64,000 nucleotides of DNA from NCBI GenBank assembly GCA_051294905.1, contig CM119372.1, forward strand, positions 5,396,001-5,460,000, in the 5' to 3' direction. The notes beneath the pieces were generated by a model. That model made no database searches. It was not told where the DNA came from and saw only the letters and a list, made by a program, of their open reading frames with translations. Each line of letters begins with the position of its first letter. Position 1 is the first letter of the stretch. The position numbers and the translations under genes are program-made. The stretch is from Botryllus schlosseri. Taxonomy: Eukaryota. Below are positions 62,418 through 64,000 of the stretch, piece by piece.

Positions 62418-64000
62418 GTGACCACTCGCGATTTTGGTGCGCACAGTAAGCCTATCATCAAATAGATTAGTCCGGAGTTCACCAGAAATGGACGGACATA
62501 GACACTTTAACCTGGGTATTTGGCGTCCAGCAGCTCGTTCATTACGACTCTGCCCTGGAATGCGGCCGTAGGCTACACCAGTAGTCGAAATGCGACCGTG
62601 AATGGCAAAAAGGTTGGCCACCCCTGCTTTAGTCATAATCTGGCGTTAGCCCTGCGTATGCGTTGTGATGAATACAAGACGCGGACGTTGTAATTTGGTT
62701 TATCACTGTGGATGTGATGGATAATATAATCTGTTTTCAATGTACTCAGAATTGCTATGCGGGCCGGATCCGGCCCACGGGCAGTATATTTGACGTACCT
62801 GGCCTAGTTCAATAGAATTTGTTAATACACCTCGCATAGGTCAAATACGTGAGTATGACGTCATAAATGGTGGAAACGCGCGTACCTTATATAGGTGGTA
62901 CGCGAGCACTGCATAAAACCTTAAAATGGTACGTATGGGTGGAAAAAGGTTAGGAACCACTGCAGTAAGTGAATGAATTCGTTCTGCATTACATGTTGAC
63001 CGTCGAAACTACAAGTTTTATACTACATCGTCGGTTTGCGAAGTCGAGACAGCATTGTACCACTGCGCTGCGATTGTTAGTCAACAGTGAGGCAAATCCA
63101 TATGTGCCTCACCCGGTCTATGCGCTGTTATCGTACGTAACAAAGCGGAATTCCACATTCCCTGGCGATTTAGTGCTCCGACGTTAATTAAGTTTAGATT
63201 TTCGGAATCAGTACCACAATAGCATTCGATTATTATTAGCAGTTATTATCAATCACGAGCTGTTCATGATGAATTGTGCTATCATCACAGGTGAGGCTTG
63301 GCCCGCGTCTCTGCCTCACCAGTCACTGCTTTCGCGCTATATTTTTGGACAATAAGTAGGCCTAAGCAAACTCCCGAATTTTGTGTTGAAATATCTGAAA
63401 TACGTTCATTCAGAAATATCCAAAGAAAATGCCTAGAATTACTAATTTCATAATAATTGAAGGTTTCATAATTTTCTTATTAACCCTGACGACAGGTGAG
63501 GGACTGCTTCCCTTGACCGCACGTCACTGATCAGTTATCATAGCCTCATCTATATGGTAGGCCAACAGCTAGAAATCGAATATTGTGGGGGTTGCAGACG
63601 CTAATGCGTACTCTGTAACAAATTAGTCGTAGTGATTGTTTTAACAGCTTTTGAGCCGCGGATTCCATTGGTTCGGTTTCCTATTCTTCGAAGATATAAT
63701 GAAATCCCTGTCTTGACCGTGCGAAAGCAAATTTCCGCGTCAAAAAAACGACCCGATTCACCCAAAAATCGCGACTCGAGTCGTTACACCCCATATGGAA
63801 TTTAATAAGTTATGCCATCACCGTTATCAATTCTTGTTTGGATCATGGCTCCTGTGACTGCAAGAAAGCATACATGAACGACCCATAGTACTGTTATACG
63901 GTACGCATGGCAAAAGGATTCCATATTTCTGCGTGAGCATTTTCATCGACATGTCATTACAACTTCTAAATTAGCAAGCTAGAAAGTAACTCTATTAATT

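Larger units (their letters stand above)
60808..62626. mobile_element. hAT MITE, nest level 3
   Basis: TIR caggggtggcca / tggccacccctg, TSD cttcagtc / ctttagtc; an inverted fragment of the same family lies at ~51200-51388. Confidence 0.88.
60496..62801. mobile_element. hAT MITE, nest level 2
   Basis: Ends caggggtgtcaaa / tttgacgtacctg, gcgggccgga repeats, perfect TSD gcctagtt. Confidence 0.9.
60074..62962 (+). mobile_element. Outer hAT (Charlie/Buster-like) element of a 5-level nest, with transposase C-terminal remnant
   Basis: Ends cagtggt / aggaaccactg, perfect TSD cagtaagt, ggtacgcga subterminal repeats; remnant LLIFPHTWECEQGFSYLMTIKSKKPNRL...DFRCAVS...PHIDKLV (hAT dimerisation region) at ~60190-60366. 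Confidence 0.9.

Overview
Eukaryotic, intron-rich invertebrate DNA. Many 50-75 bp GT-AG introns and dense hAT/Tc1 MITEs would fit an ascidian or similar deuterostome, but taxonomy is inference only. All gene models were spliced by hand and need RNA support. Genes: (1) the 3' part of a plus-strand gene at the left edge, with a 5-exon antisense gene for a ~191-aa secreted protein nested or interleaved in it; (2) a 24-exon minus-strand gene (26667-7233, >=1170 aa) combining a CEP97-like IQ/coiled-coil block, a KIND domain, two Spire-like WH2 motifs and an FN3 domain; (3) a 6-exon minus-strand gene (41812-39868, 191 aa) with the features of a long-chain four-helix IL-6-type cytokine. Mobile DNA: about 12 copies of an intronic repeat with a Penelope-type minimal hammerhead ribozyme motif, confined to gene 2; an apparently intact intron-containing pogo-type DD35D transposon with a C-terminal PHD finger; a five-level nest of hAT elements, each with its own 8-bp TSD; LINE 3' ends; tRNA-derived SINEs; and two decayed envelope-like frames. 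No CRISPR arrays, rRNA or bona fide tRNA genes were seen.
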